DNA from: Methanoculleus chikugoensis
GTDB taxonomy: Archaea; Halobacteriota; Methanomicrobia; Methanomicrobiales; Methanoculleaceae
Length of the DNA: 24,000 nt
NCBI RefSeq assembly: GCF_019669965.1
Contig: NZ_AP019781.1
Span: 1,527,092 to 1,551,091, forward strand
Direction of reading: 5' to 3'
Part shown: positions 23,628-24,000 of the stretch, in pieces
Layout: every line of letters begins with the position of its first letter
Position numbering within the stretch: position 1 is the stretch's first letter
Translations under genes and position numbers: made by a program
Notes under the pieces: generated by a model
What the model saw: the letters and a program-made list of their open reading frames with translations, nothing else
The model's database searches: none
Told to the model about the DNA's origin: nothing

Positions 23628-24000
23628 TCACCTGATATCCATCCGCATGAACTTCACGTAGGTCGCTGCGAAGAAGGCCGACGGGAAGACGATGAGCGCG
23701 GCGATGTTCATCCAGACCCGGCCGAGAGCACCGGCAAGCCCGGTCGCCTCTTCCGTTGCCGCGCCGTAAGGCGACGCAATCATTGAGGAAAGCTGTGGGT
23801 TCGTCACCGCTATCGCGACAGTGTAGTAGTTCATCTGCGGCGAGAGGAGGTTCGAGATATCGCTGATGAGCCTCTGTTTCTCGACATAGGTCTTCATTTC
23901 TTCTTCATATGCCTTCCACTCCGGGTCCTCGGTTCCGCCGTAGACCACGCTCTGCGAGACGCTGCTGGTGAAATACCCGCCGCTGCTCGCGACCCGCACG
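23628..24000 (-). CDS. ABC-2 type transporter permease, C-terminal part (gene continues beyond the window)
   Basis: The open frame runs to the window edge. It has a hydrophobic C-terminus, ...VWMNIAALIVFPSAFFAATYVKFMRMDIR. It is adjacent to a COG1470-like protein, a common pairing. Confidence 0.55.
   Translation of the reverse strand, partial: VRVASSGGYFTSSVSQSVVYGGTEDPEWKAYEEEMKTYVEKQRLISDISNLLSPQMNYYTVAIAVTNPQLSSMIASPYGAATEEATGLAGALGRVWMNIAALIVFPSAFFAATYVKFMRMDIR

Noticed and set aside
1-24000. Search for CRISPR arrays, rRNA genes, transposases/integrases, or further tRNAs
   Set aside because: By eye I found no regularly spaced direct repeats, no rRNA-like sequence, no transposase or integrase motifs, and no second T-arm/acceptor pattern. 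A tRNAscan/Infernal run would be needed for certainty.

Overview
This is a GC-rich chromosomal segment that looks like a methanogenic archaeon, probably Methanomicrobiales-like. That placement is inferred from gene content, AT-rich TATA-type promoters in short intergenic gaps, and a methanogen-type ycaO-tfuA pair. About 17 kb (1.3-17.4 kb) is a dense island for sulfur mobilisation, cysteine and Fe-S metabolism. (1) A tightly packed minus-strand operon runs iscS/nifS, iscU, thiF/moeB-like E1, moaD, moaE, ycaO, tfuA. (2) A divergent plus-strand operon encodes a small Cys-containing HTH regulator, larE, a SufS-like cysteine desulfurase and fdhD. (3) The mercury-methylation pair hgcA-hgcB follows an AbrB-like gene. 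(4) There is a TtuA/Ncs6-type PP-loop thiolase with its own ThiS-like GG protein. (5) A radical SAM gene is broken by a perfect 22-bp tandem duplication. (6) nadA lies opposite a small Cys-rich orphan. (7) cysK and a cysE-DUF59 fusion lie downstream of a tRNA-Cys(GCA). The most notable signal is a 14-bp palindrome, TTAACAATTGTTAA. It occurs five times (three perfect, two with one mismatch), only in the promoter gaps of these units. This suggests a dedicated, apparently undescribed sulfur/cysteine regulon, with the adjacent HTH protein as the candidate regulator. The flanks carry an ArsR regulator next to a frameshifted DUF2892-like pseudogene, a FemAB-like GNAT, a REC-PAS-GAF-PAS hybrid histidine kinase, a secreted NEW3/CarboxypepD_reg protein and a partial ABC-2 permease. 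Many long ORFs in the six-frame track are antisense shadow ORFs typical of GC-rich DNA. No CRISPR array, rRNA or obvious mobile element was seen.
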